Below are positions 16,089-25,018 of a stretch of 64,000 bases of DNA, one piece after another. A program made the position numbers and the translations under genes. Positions within the stretch are counted from its first letter, which is position 1; every line of letters starts with the position of its first letter. Below the pieces are notes generated by a model. It saw only the letters and a list, made by a program, of their open reading frames with translations. It searched no databases and was not told the DNA's origin. The stretch comes from a bacterium (GTDB lineage Bacteria > Patescibacteriota > Minisyncoccia > Moranbacterales > UBA2206): NCBI GenBank assembly GCA_029567195.1, contig JAKQLJ010000023.1, positions 4,626 through 68,625 of the forward strand, written 5' to 3'.

Positions 16089-16997
16089 ATGCGAACAGTA
16101 AAATCAGACAAAATTAAATGGCTTTATATCAAAGAGCCTAATGCTGACGATATTTTAACAATACAAAAACAATTCAACCTTCATCCTTTGGTGGTGGAAG
16201 AATTTTCCACTCCCACTCTCCGTCCAAAGGCGGCTGAATACGACGGATGTCTGTATCTGGCTATTCACATTCCCCTCTTTGACACTGACAATCGGACCAC
16301 TTATCCGGCAGAAATTGACATTGTGGTTTGCGACGGCACGCTGATCACCGCTCACGACAAGGACATTTACCAGCTTACGGAATTTTTTGAAGCTTTAAAA
16401 AAGGATAAAAAGAAGCGCGATTTCTATATGGGAAACAGCGTCGGGTCTCTTTTGCATTATATTATCGAAATGCTTTTGGAATCTTGTTTTCCCAAACTTG
16501 ATCACATTTCCCAGAAATTGGACCAAATTGAAGATGAAATTTTTGCCGGGCATGAAAAGGAGATGGTTTTTGAAATTTCACTGGTCAAAAGGGATGTTTT
16601 GAATTTCAGAAGAACGATGAAGCCGCAAAAAACCGTTTTTGAATCGTTGGCTTTTAAGGATTATAAATTTATTGATTCGAGTCTCAAGCCATACTATCAG
16701 GATTTGACTGGCACCAATGTCCGTATCTGGAATACTTTGGAAAGCAACAAGGAAACCATTGAATCTCTGGAAGCCACCAATAATTCTCTGCTTTCTAACA
16801 AACTGGATATGACCATGAAAGTTTTGACTATTTTTTCAGCAGTCTTGCTTCCCCTTACCGTTTATTCTAATATTCTAGCGATGAGCGCCAGCATTCCTTT
16901 TGGGAACAATCCCAATGGGTTCTGGATCCATATGTCCATAATGCTTGTCTTGGGTCTTATTACAATCACCGTATTTAAAATTAAGAAATGGCTTTAA
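16089..16997 (+). CDS. CorA-family divalent cation transporter-like protein with a non-canonical pore motif
   Basis: CorA-like length and topology, with two C-terminal TM helices. The sequence reads MKVLTIFSAVLLPLTVYSNILAMSASIPFG, so the position of the canonical YGMNF reads LAMSA. Confidence 0.7.
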   Translation: MRTVKSDKIKWLYIKEPNADDILTIQKQFNLHPLVVEEFSTPTLRPKAAEYDGCLYLAIHIPLFDTDNRTTYPAEIDIVVCDGTLITAHDKDIYQLTEFFEALKKDKKKRDFYMGNSVGSLLHYIIEMLLESCFPKLDHISQKLDQIEDEIFAGHEKEMVFEISLVKRDVLNFRRTMKPQKTVFESLAFKDYKFIDSSLKPYYQDLTGTNVRIWNTLESNKETIESLEATNNSLLSNKLDMTMKVLTIFSAVLLPLTVYSNILAMSASIPFGNNPNGFWIHMSIMLVLGLITITVFKIKKWL

Positions 16998-17054
16998 CAA
17001 AATATAAAATACAGGTGTAAAAATTGGCTTTTTTATGCCGCATAATCTGATTTT

Positions 17055-18485
17055 ATGTTGAAACTATACAACACTCTCTCAAAAGCAAAGGAAAAATTCA
17101 AGCCGATTAATGTCGGGAAGGTCAGCATATATTCATGCGGGCCGACAGTTTATGATTTTGTGCATTTGGGAAATATCAAATCATATATGACTGCTGATGT
17201 TTTACGGCGCTATTTGGAATATAGCGGTTATGAAACGAGAATGATCAAGAATATTACCGATGTCGGCCATTTGACCGAAGATGATATCAACCAGGGCGAT
17301 TCCGGAGAGGATAAGATTGCCAAAAAGGCAAGATTAGAAAAAAAGACGCCTTCCGAAATAGCTAATTTTTACGAAAAATATTTTTACGAAATAGAAGAAA
17401 GAATGAATATTTTGCCAGCCCACTATTTTCCGCATGCCACTGCGCATATTCCCCAAATGATAAAAATGATAACCGAGCTTATCAAAAAAGATTTTGCTTA
17501 TGAAGTTAACGGCAATGTTTTTTTTGATGTAACCAAATTTTCTGATTATGGGAAACTTTCCGGAAACACTCTGGATAATTTAAAAGTGGGAGCGCGACTC
17601 GAAGAACATCCGGATAAGAAAAATCCTTGGGATTTCGCCCTTTGGATCAAAGCCCCGAAAGAACACTTGCTGAAATGGGAATCGCCATGGTCTTTGGGCT
17701 ATCCCGGCTGGCATATTGAATGTAGCGCTATGAGCAGTGAATATTTAGGTGATACTTTTGATATTCACACTGGCGGAGAAGATAATATTTTTCCCCACCA
17801 TGAAGCGGAGATAGCCCAAAGCGAAGGTTATTCCGGAAAAAAATTTGTTAATTTCTGGGTGCATACCCGGCATCTTTTGGTTGATGGACAAAAAATGGCA
17901 AAATCAAAAGGCAATTTTTACCGCCTGGAAGACATTGTTGAAAAAGGCTATTCCCCTTCCGTTCTTCGCCTTCTTATCCTTTCCGCCCATTATAGGACTC
18001 AGCTTAATTTTACCTGGAAATCAATGGAACAAGCCAAGACTAATTTGGAAAAAATAACCGATTTTCTGAGTAATTTGGAAAATATCACTTCTGAAAAAAA
18101 AGGAAAAAAAATAAATCTGGAAAAATATCGGAAAAAAATTGAAAAAGCGATGGATGATGATCTTAACACCCCCTTGGCTATCAGTGTTTTTTATGAATTG
18201 ATGACAGAAGCCAATAAATTGATAGCCAAAGAACAATTGAATGAAGAAGAAGCGGAAAAAATTATCGGATTTTGGGAAAAGATAAATAAATTTTTTGGTT
18301 TGGTAATCCCGAAAGACCTGGAACAAGTGCCATTGGAAGTCAAGCAATGGGCGGAGGAAAGAAAAGAGGCCAGAATGGTCAGAAATTTTGCTTATTCCGA
18401 TGAGCTCAGAAAAAAAATTGAAGCAAAAGGCTATTTGGTGGAAGACGTTAAAAATAATAAATATACGTTAAAAAAGAAAAAATAA
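17055..18485 (+). CDS. cysS: Cysteinyl-tRNA synthetase
   Basis: CGPTVYDFVHLGN (HIGH region), GWHIECS, and KMAKSKGN (KMSKS region). Confidence 0.94.
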   Translation: MLKLYNTLSKAKEKFKPINVGKVSIYSCGPTVYDFVHLGNIKSYMTADVLRRYLEYSGYETRMIKNITDVGHLTEDDINQGDSGEDKIAKKARLEKKTPSEIANFYEKYFYEIEERMNILPAHYFPHATAHIPQMIKMITELIKKDFAYEVNGNVFFDVTKFSDYGKLSGNTLDNLKVGARLEEHPDKKNPWDFALWIKAPKEHLLKWESPWSLGYPGWHIECSAMSSEYLGDTFDIHTGGEDNIFPHHEAEIAQSEGYSGKKFVNFWVHTRHLLVDGQKMAKSKGNFYRLEDIVEKGYSPSVLRLLILSAHYRTQLNFTWKSMEQAKTNLEKITDFLSNLENITSEKKGKKINLEKYRKKIEKAMDDDLNTPLAISVFYELMTEANKLIAKEQLNEEEAEKIIGFWEKINKFFGLVIPKDLEQVPLEVKQWAEERKEARMVRNFAYSDELRKKIEAKGYLVEDVKNNKYTLKKKK

Positions 18486-18487
18486 TT

Positions 18488-18613
18488 ATGAGTGAACAAA
18501 AGGACAATATTTTGAAAACTCCGGAAGAAAAAGTGGAAGATTTGAAAGAGGCCATTAAGGAATGCGGTTTTGATGTTGAACAGAAAGGGGAAGAAATTAT
18601 AATAAAGGAATAG
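18488..18613 (+). CDS. Possible small acidic protein (41 aa)
   Basis: The ATG lies 2 nt after the cysS stop, which suggests translational coupling. Product is MSEQKDNILKTPEEKVEDLKEAIKECGFDVEQKGEEIIIKE. There is no clear SD. Confidence 0.3.
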   Translation: MSEQKDNILKTPEEKVEDLKEAIKECGFDVEQKGEEIIIKE

Positions 18614-18682
18614 ATAATAGTTTATCATCATAAAACAGAAGACAACAGGCAACATCTAAGCTTTTTTAAAGCTTTTATTTTT

Positions 18683-19672
18683 ATGAAGAATAATTTTTGG
18701 TTAAAATTAAAAAAGCCAATTTTGGCTTTGGCTCCAATGGCCGGCATCACTGACAGCGCTTTCCGGCAAATTTGCCGGAAATATGGAGCCGATGTTACTT
18801 ACAGCGAAATGGCCAGCGTTTCAGCGCTGTTTTTTAAGCCCCAAAAAACCTTGGAATTAGTGAGGTTTAATAAATCAGAACGGCCTTATGTGGTCCAGCT
18901 ATTTGGTAAGAATCCAAAGCATTTTGCCGCATCCGCTAAAATTATAACTGAAAAAATCAAACCGGATGGCATTGATATCAACTTTGGCTGTCCGGCTAAA
19001 AAAGTTTTCGGTCATGGCAGTGGTTGCGCCCTTATGCCGCAAAAAGAACTGGCTAGGGAGATAATTTCAGCGGTTTGTGAAAACACTTCTCTTCCGGTTT
19101 CCATTAAAATTAGAGCTGGAATAAAAGATATGACTGCTTTTGATTTTATTAAAAATACGGCTGATCTTCCCTACTCTGCCATCATGGTTCACGGTCGGAC
19201 ATACGAAGGCAGTTTTTCAGGAGAGGTGGATTTTTCCATTTGCGAAAAGATAAAAAAAATGGTTCCGGAAAAAATTGTTCTTGGAAATGGCGGGATCATG
19301 ACATCCGAAAACGCTAAAAATATTTTGAAGCGCTATCCTCTGCTTGATGGTTTGGGGATCGCCCGCGGGGCATGGGGAAGGCCGTGGATATTTGAAGAAA
19401 TTAGAGGAATTATAAATGTAGGGACGGATCTTGTATCCGTCCAAAAAAGGACAGACACAAGGTCTGTCCCTACAAAGTATTATTTTTCAAAAACCAAAAA
19501 AATAATGCTTGAGCACGCCAAATTGATATATAAAGACAAAGGAAAAACAGGATTATTTGAAATCAGGAAACATATGTGCTGGTATATTCGCGGCTTTCCG
19601 GGTGCGGCAGAAATGAGAAAAAAATTGGTAATGGCGAAAAGTTTAAAGGAAATTATTGATATTTTAAATTAA
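18683..19672 (+). CDS. dusB: tRNA-dihydrouridine synthase
   Basis: LAPMAGITDSAFRQICRKYGADVTYSEM, INFGCPAKKV, and GIARGAWGRPWIF. Confidence 0.88.
   Translation: MKNNFWLKLKKPILALAPMAGITDSAFRQICRKYGADVTYSEMASVSALFFKPQKTLELVRFNKSERPYVVQLFGKNPKHFAASAKIITEKIKPDGIDINFGCPAKKVFGHGSGCALMPQKELAREIISAVCENTSLPVSIKIRAGIKDMTAFDFIKNTADLPYSAIMVHGRTYEGSFSGEVDFSICEKIKKMVPEKIVLGNGGIMTSENAKNILKRYPLLDGLGIARGAWGRPWIFEEIRGIINVGTDLVSVQKRTDTRSVPTKYYFSKTKKIMLEHAKLIYKDKGKTGLFEIRKHMCWYIRGFPGAAEMRKKLVMAKSLKEIIDILN
19418..19473. repeat. 56-nt double-hairpin palindrome inserted in frame in dusB
   Basis: gtagggacggatcttgtatccgtcc aaaaaa ggacagacacaaggtctgtccctac. These are two inverted copies of a 25-nt hairpin unit. It encodes VGTDLVSVQKRTDTRSVPT. 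Confidence 0.85.
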
Positions 19673-19700
19673 AAAAGAGCTTCCGATATTCGGAAGCCCT
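19671..19700. terminator. Bidirectional terminator hairpin
   Basis: aaaaaagagcttccg-atat-tcggaagc lies between convergent dusB and 19708..20529. Confidence 0.6.
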
Positions 19701-19707
19701 GTTGTAT

Positions 19708-20529
19708 TTATTCTTCTGCTGGCTCTGTCCAGATTCTTTTTTTGTGGGTAGACTGAGACACTTGCAGAGTAGATGTGTTGTCCATTGTTGTTATTGTTTT
19801 GTTGATAAAGTCCACTCTTGAGTTTGGAGGTATCAAAAACTTCTTAATCAGTTCTCCGGTTCCGGCATTGAAAATCTTCATGTATCTTTCTGGAAGATCC
19901 GGAGTCCAAATGCCAAATTTCATCGGCGCTATGCCGACAATCACTTCCCGCGGGTATGTTTCGTCATATCCAAACCATTCCTCTCCCCAAACCACTTCTC
20001 GTTGACCTTTAGAGTACCAACCGATTGTGGTCCTGAATGTTTTTTTTACGATGTCGTAAACTCGCACTTCGCCGCCGATGATATTCTTGGTATCGCGACG
20101 ATAAAGCATGAGATATGCTTTATCTTTGAGTATTTTGTAGCTGTCTATCCAGCATGAGTTGTCAAATTTCAGTCGCAGGACATTAATTTTGCCGTAATAG
20201 TCAACCTCGGCAACAATGAATGTTTGCGCTTGGTTGTCATGTTTATAAATGAAAGATATCATGAATCGGTCGTAATAATACGACTGAATCTTATCGAACT
20301 GCAAATCGTCAATGGACCATCCTTTTCCCAGAGGAATAGTATAGGTCGCTTCTCTCCAAGTGCAGGCCATTTCCAGCCAGCTCTCATAGGTTTCGCTGTC
20401 CGTTTTGATCGCATAGGCGTTTCCGCCTTGATTCACATCGGCCCAACGGGAAACAACAATGGCGCTTGCGTCGGAAGAAATTGCAACCAACGCTGCCAAA
20501 ACCAAGAATGCAGTAAGAAGTTTTTTCAT
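19708..20529 (-). CDS. Secreted hypothetical protein (Sec signal peptide), G+C-richer islet
   Basis: MKKLLTAFLVLAALVAISSDASA signal peptide. No family was recognised. It has its own promoter and leader. Confidence 0.7.
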   Translation of the reverse strand: MKKLLTAFLVLAALVAISSDASAIVVSRWADVNQGGNAYAIKTDSETYESWLEMACTWREATYTIPLGKGWSIDDLQFDKIQSYYYDRFMISFIYKHDNQAQTFIVAEVDYYGKINVLRLKFDNSCWIDSYKILKDKAYLMLYRRDTKNIIGGEVRVYDIVKKTFRTTIGWYSKGQREVVWGEEWFGYDETYPREVIVGIAPMKFGIWTPDLPERYMKIFNAGTGELIKKFLIPPNSRVDFINKTITTMDNTSTLQVSQSTHKKRIWTEPAEE

Positions 20530-20629
20530 TTTTACATCCTTTCTTTGATGTGGTTTTATTGAATGCTTCCCTTCCGTCGACTATTTTTAAGCCATTTCTG
20601 GCTATTTTTTGTTAAATAACTATCCTACT

Positions 20630-20658
20630 ACCTTAGCACAAAATGCTGTATAAGTCAA
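20630..20658 (-). promoter_or_regulatory. Sigma70-type promoter for 19708..20529
   Basis: Minus strand TTGACT, 17 nt, TAAGGT, about 100 nt upstream of the ATG. Confidence 0.5.
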
Positions 20659-20750
20659 GAGATAAGAAGTGTGTGTTTATGAGAAAATTTAAAATAAAAA
20701 ATGACTTTCGTGTGTGAATAATAGTTGCACAACTTGGGCAAAGACGCAAG

Positions 20751-20778
20751 TTGATTTTTGAGTGTTGATTGGTATAAT
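20751..20778 (+). promoter_or_regulatory. Sigma70-type promoter for dnaB
   Basis: TTGATT, 16 nt, TATAAT (the -10 box at 20773-20778). Confidence 0.5.
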
Positions 20779-20815
20779 GATAAGACTATGAACTCAATTT
20801 AAATAATCTCATTTC

Positions 20816-20913
20816 TGTCATTCCCGTGTAAACGGGAATCCAGTAAATAAGCCAGGATTTCAGACTAGATTCCCGCCTGCCTGCCAGTAGGCATGGCTTT
20901 CGCGGGAATGACA
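20816..20913. repeat. GC-rich composite palindromic repeat, copy 3
   Basis: tgtcattcccgtgtaaacgggaatcca...ctagattcccgcctgcctgccagtaggcatggctttcgcgggaatgaca. Terminal inverted repeats are tgtcattcccg and cgggaatgaca. Confidence 0.8.
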
Positions 20914-20985
20914 ATTAAGCGCAAAGTTTTAGTCATATAAAGGCTTATTATAAATATAAAGTAAGATTTAATTAAAATCAGCTAT

Positions 20986-22347
20986 ATGGCAAAAGCTTCA
21001 TCAAATGATAATCTTCGCGTTCCGCCGCAAAATATTGAAGCCGAGAGATCCGTTCTGGGCGCTTTGATGCTGGATAAAGATGCAATCATCAAGGTAGCCA
21101 ATCTTATCCGTATCGGAGATTTTTATAAAGATGACCACAATCTTATCTATGAGGCGATGGTGGAACTTTATGAACAAAGAGAACCGATCGATGTTCTTTC
21201 TCTTTCCAATCGTCTGGAAGAAAAAGGACAACTGGATAAAGTCGGCGGTTCAAGTTATTTAGCATCTCTGGTTAGCTCTGTGCCGTCAAGTGCCAATATT
21301 GCCCACTATGCCAAAGTGGTGCAGAAAAAATCAACTTTACGAAAATTGATTAATACCGCCAGTGAAATTTTAGAACTTGGTTATAAGGAAGAAGAAGATG
21401 TGGAAAAAATTCTTGATTCGGCCGAACAAAAACTTTTCTCCGTTTCTCAAAAATATATAAAACAGGATTTTGTGCCGATAAAATCAATTTTGGAATCGGC
21501 TTTCAATCGAATTGACGAGCTCCACAAAGGCGATCACAAATTGCGCGGCGTGCCAACCGGTTTTCCTGATTTGGATCAGATCTTGGCCGGCTTTCAAAAA
21601 TCGGACCTGGTAATCTTAGCTGCCCGTCCTTCCATAGGAAAAACTACTTTGGCGCTTGATTTTGCCAGGCAAATCGCGGTCAAGGAAAAAATTCCGGTGG
21701 GAATATTTTCTCTTGAAATGTCTTCAGATCAGTTGATAGACAGGATGCTGGCGGCCCAGTCCGGCGTGGATTTATGGCGACTTCGAACGGGAAGACTCAA
21801 AACCGGAGAGGGAGATGATGATTTTCAGCGGATTGGCGAGGCTATGGGGGTGCTTTCAGAAGCGAAAATTTTTATTGACGATGCCGGATCGGCCAATGTT
21901 ATGGAAATGAGAACGATGGCAAGACGACTCCAATCCGAACACAATGTCGGACTGATCATAATCGATTATTTGCAGCTTATGGAAGGGCGAAGCGGCGGAG
22001 ATAACCGAGTCAATGAAATTTCCGAAATTTCAAGAGCCTTGAAACAATTGGCGCGGGAACTTAATATCCCGGTCATTGCTCTTTCCCAGCTTTCTCGGGC
22101 GGTGGAATCCCGAAGCCCGCAAATTCCCAAATTGTCAGACCTAAGAGAATCCGGATCTATCGAACAGGACGCCGATGTGGTGATGTTTCTTTACCGGGAA
22201 GATCGGGAAAAACCGGATACGCCGAATAAGAATATTGTGGAAGTGCATATTGCCAAACACAGAAACGGACCTATTGGCCGATTGTCTTTGTATTTCAATG
22301 AAAATTCAACCACTTTTAAATCTTTAGAAAGAGTTCGAACGGAATAA
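20986..22347 (+). CDS. dnaB: Replicative DNA helicase
   Basis: PPQNIEAERSVLGA N-terminus, Walker A ARPSIGKTT, IIIDYLQLM, and SQLSRAVE. Confidence 0.95.
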   Translation: MAKASSNDNLRVPPQNIEAERSVLGALMLDKDAIIKVANLIRIGDFYKDDHNLIYEAMVELYEQREPIDVLSLSNRLEEKGQLDKVGGSSYLASLVSSVPSSANIAHYAKVVQKKSTLRKLINTASEILELGYKEEEDVEKILDSAEQKLFSVSQKYIKQDFVPIKSILESAFNRIDELHKGDHKLRGVPTGFPDLDQILAGFQKSDLVILAARPSIGKTTLALDFARQIAVKEKIPVGIFSLEMSSDQLIDRMLAAQSGVDLWRLRTGRLKTGEGDDDFQRIGEAMGVLSEAKIFIDDAGSANVMEMRTMARRLQSEHNVGLIIIDYLQLMEGRSGGDNRVNEISEISRALKQLARELNIPVIALSQLSRAVESRSPQIPKLSDLRESGSIEQDADVVMFLYREDREKPDTPNKNIVEVHIAKHRNGPIGRLSLYFNENSTTFKSLERVRTE

Positions 22348-22350
22348 TTT

Positions 22351-22938
22351 ATGTATCCCAAATCATTCAAAAAATTAATCGATCACTTTTCCGCCCTGCC
22401 TTCCATCGGTCCCAAAATGGCGGAAAGGCTGGTTTTGTATCTTTTTAAGCAAGACAAGGAAAAACTGAAAGAATTTTCCCAAAGTTTGGAAGAATTGAAA
22501 TCGAATCTGCGGTATTGTAAAAAATGTTTCAATATCAGCGAGGAAGATTATTGCTATATTTGCCAGAATAAAAATCGCAACCAAAAAACAATCTGTATCG
22601 TGGAAGATCCGCTGGATATAATCGCCATCGAGAGGACGAAAAGATATGACGGTCTTTATTTTGTCTTAGGGGGCGTTTTGAATTCCGGAAAAAATGGCCA
22701 AGGAGAAAATTTGAAAATCGGAGAATTGGAAAGAAAGGTAAAAAATGAGGATATTAAAGAAATAATTTTAGCTACCAACCCGACAACCGAAGGCGATGCT
22801 ACGGCTCTCTATATTAAAAAAATCCTTGCTTCTTTTGAGGTCAAGATAACTCGTCTGGCGCGCGGGCTTTCCACCGGAGCGGATATTGAATATGCCGATG
22901 AGATAACTCTGGGTTCGGCGATTGAAAATAGGAAGTAA
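22351..22938 (+). CDS. recR: Recombination protein RecR
   Basis: LPSIGPKMAERL helix-hairpin-helix, a C4 zinc motif (CKKC...CYIC), and a Toprim domain. Confidence 0.93.
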   Translation: MYPKSFKKLIDHFSALPSIGPKMAERLVLYLFKQDKEKLKEFSQSLEELKSNLRYCKKCFNISEEDYCYICQNKNRNQKTICIVEDPLDIIAIERTKRYDGLYFVLGGVLNSGKNGQGENLKIGELERKVKNEDIKEIILATNPTTEGDATALYIKKILASFEVKITRLARGLSTGADIEYADEITLGSAIENRK

Positions 22939-22982
22939 GGATACTTTAACAAGATCGCCGGCTAATGACACTGGCGCAAAAT

Positions 22983-23013
22983 AAAAAACTCGGCAGGAGA
23001 TTGCCGAGTTTTT
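22983..23013. terminator. Bidirectional intrinsic terminator
   Basis: aaaaaactcggca-ggagat-tgccgagttttt lies between convergent recR and rplU. Confidence 0.8.
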
Positions 23014-23029
23014 GTATATCAAGTTAAAT

Positions 23030-23335
23030 CTATATCTTGGTTATTTCCACTTCTGTCAAAATTTGCCGGTGTCCGAATTTTACCTTATACCTTTTTTTGG
23101 CTTTATGCTTTATCCCGACCACTTTCTTGTCTTTGGCGGTTTTAATAATCTTTCCTTCCACTTTAGCGCCTTTTATGAACGGAGTTCCTACTTTAATGTT
23201 GTTTTCATCACCTAAAAAAAGAACTTCGCCGAAAGTAATTTTTTCCCCTTCTTTTCCTTCCAATTTTTCTATTTTTATCCTGCTTCCGACCTTGATTTTA
23301 TACTGTTTCCCCCCGGTTTTTATCACTGCCAACAT
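23030..23335 (-). CDS. rplU: 50S ribosomal protein L21
   Basis: MLAVIKTGGKQYKIKVG...KVKFGHRQ. The ATG at 23335 is preferred over the 17-codon extension in the ORF track. Confidence 0.92.
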   Translation of the reverse strand: MLAVIKTGGKQYKIKVGSRIKIEKLEGKEGEKITFGEVLFLGDENNIKVGTPFIKGAKVEGKIIKTAKDKKVVGIKHKAKKRYKVKFGHRQILTEVEITKI

Positions 23336-23364
23336 AAAAATTTTCCTAAAAATTAGATACAGAT

Positions 23365-23393
23365 AGTATACGCTTTTAAAATACAAATGTCAA
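23365..23393 (-). promoter_or_regulatory. Sigma70-type promoter for rplU
   Basis: Minus strand TTGACA, 17 nt, TATACT. Confidence 0.55.
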
Positions 23394-23484
23394 TAATTGC
23401 CGAATTTCTGGACAAAAAAGAGAAATTTTGGTAAGATTCAATCAATCTTGAAGGATAACATAACTACTTCCTTTGGGGGGAAAT

Positions 23485-24999
23485 ATGGAAAAACTGAAAA
23501 GAAAGTTATTTTTTTGGACACTGGTCCTTCTCTTTTTTGTCACTACGCCTATCATCATTCTTCATGCCAGAGGGTATCGCTTCGATTTAAGTCGGGGTGT
23601 TTTTGTGCACAGCGGAACAATAGCCATAAAGTCCAATCCTCAATCGGTGGATGTTTCTTTGAATGGAGAGCTTTTTGAAGCTAAAAAAATTGACAGAATA
23701 AACAATTCTTATAATCTAACCGGGCTTTTGCCGTCTGATTATGAGATAAAAGTTACTTATTCCGGATTTCGTTCCTGGAGCAAAAAAGCGGATGTTCATT
23801 CCGGTGTGGCCAGTGAATTTTGGAATATCCTTCTGGTTCGGGAAAATTATGAAAGAGAAATTCTCATCGGTATTTCCGGAGTAGACCGTTTCTTTATGTC
23901 TCCCAAAAACCAATACATCGTTTATACGGAAAATGCGGAGGAAGGCCTGAAAACAAAGTTATTTAACATCAAGGATAATACGGTTGAGAGGGAATTTTCT
24001 TTTCCCGGTTGGAAAATTTTAGACGAAACAAAAAAGGAAAATATTGAGTGGTCTCCCGAAGAAGATTATTTGTCTGTTCCGGTGGAAAAAACAGAATTGA
24101 TAGCGTCCAAGAAAAAAACTCGCTATGCCGCCTCCCCTGTTTATGAGACGCGATACGCCTATTTTATTGTTGATCCGGAAAACGAAACCAGCTTTAATCT
24201 CAATGAGTTTTTAGGAAAAAATAATATAACCAGCGTTCGTTGGGATCCAAAAGACAAAGATTATCTTTTTTTCTTGTCTGAAGGTTCACTTTTCAGGGTC
24301 AATATAAAAGATGCCTCGGATATCATTAATATTTCCCCGGTCGTTTCCGCGTTTAACCTGACCCGATCCAACATTTATTATTTAGGCATTCCCAATAATT
24401 TGGTTTATAAATCCAGTCTTGACGGGAAATCGGAAAAAGAACAAATAACCAATAATTTTCCGGATTTATCATCAAGTCCAGTGGATAAAATGATTATCTA
24501 CGATGAAGACAGGATAGCTTTTATCAACCAAAATAAAGATCTGTTCATATACAATTTTGGAGAGCATGACACCTATTTCAAAAAAATCGGCAGTTTAGTG
24601 GAAGGCGTTCATTTTTCTGATGACGGAAAAAAAATGCTTTTCTGGAGCGATAATGAAATATCGGCTTATTTCTTGCGCGATTGGGATGTTCAACCGGTAA
24701 GAGCGGAGAATGAGTTGGCCAATATCACCCGCTACAGCGAGCCGATAAGAAATGTCCAGTGGTTCAAAGATTATGAACATATCATTTTTACTTCCGGAAG
24801 ATTCACTAAAATAATCGAGCTTGACCCGAGAGACCATAGGAATTGCATGGATCTTATAAGCACAGAATTGGAAAAACCATTTGTCCGGTATAATAATTCT
24901 CTGGAAATTCTTTATTTTACGGAAAAAAACGGAGATTCTACGAATTTGCAATCAATAATTTTCCCCGAGCCGACGCCTATTCTCGGGATAGGAGGATAA
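23485..24999 (+). CDS. Membrane-anchored PEGA-domain protein with a beta-propeller-like C-terminal region
   Basis: The ATG at 23485 follows a ggggg SD. There is an N-terminal TM helix and a PEGA-like module IAIKSNPQSVDVSLNG...YNLTGLLPSDYEIKVTYSGFRSW. Confidence 0.65.
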   Translation: MEKLKRKLFFWTLVLLFFVTTPIIILHARGYRFDLSRGVFVHSGTIAIKSNPQSVDVSLNGELFEAKKIDRINNSYNLTGLLPSDYEIKVTYSGFRSWSKKADVHSGVASEFWNILLVRENYEREILIGISGVDRFFMSPKNQYIVYTENAEEGLKTKLFNIKDNTVEREFSFPGWKILDETKKENIEWSPEEDYLSVPVEKTELIASKKKTRYAASPVYETRYAYFIVDPENETSFNLNEFLGKNNITSVRWDPKDKDYLFFLSEGSLFRVNIKDASDIINISPVVSAFNLTRSNIYYLGIPNNLVYKSSLDGKSEKEQITNNFPDLSSSPVDKMIIYDEDRIAFINQNKDLFIYNFGEHDTYFKKIGSLVEGVHFSDDGKKMLFWSDNEISAYFLRDWDVQPVRAENELANITRYSEPIRNVQWFKDYEHIIFTSGRFTKIIELDPRDHRNCMDLISTELEKPFVRYNNSLEILYFTEKNGDSTNLQSIIFPEPTPILGIGG

Positions 25000-25018
25000 G
25001 ATAAAATTAGTAAAAAAT

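Noticed and set aside
23397-23678. 93-aa + strand ORF overlapping the start of the PEGA-domain gene.
   Set aside because: It is out of frame with, and largely overlapped by, the 504-aa gene that has an SD and a TM/PEGA architecture. It has no signals of its own.
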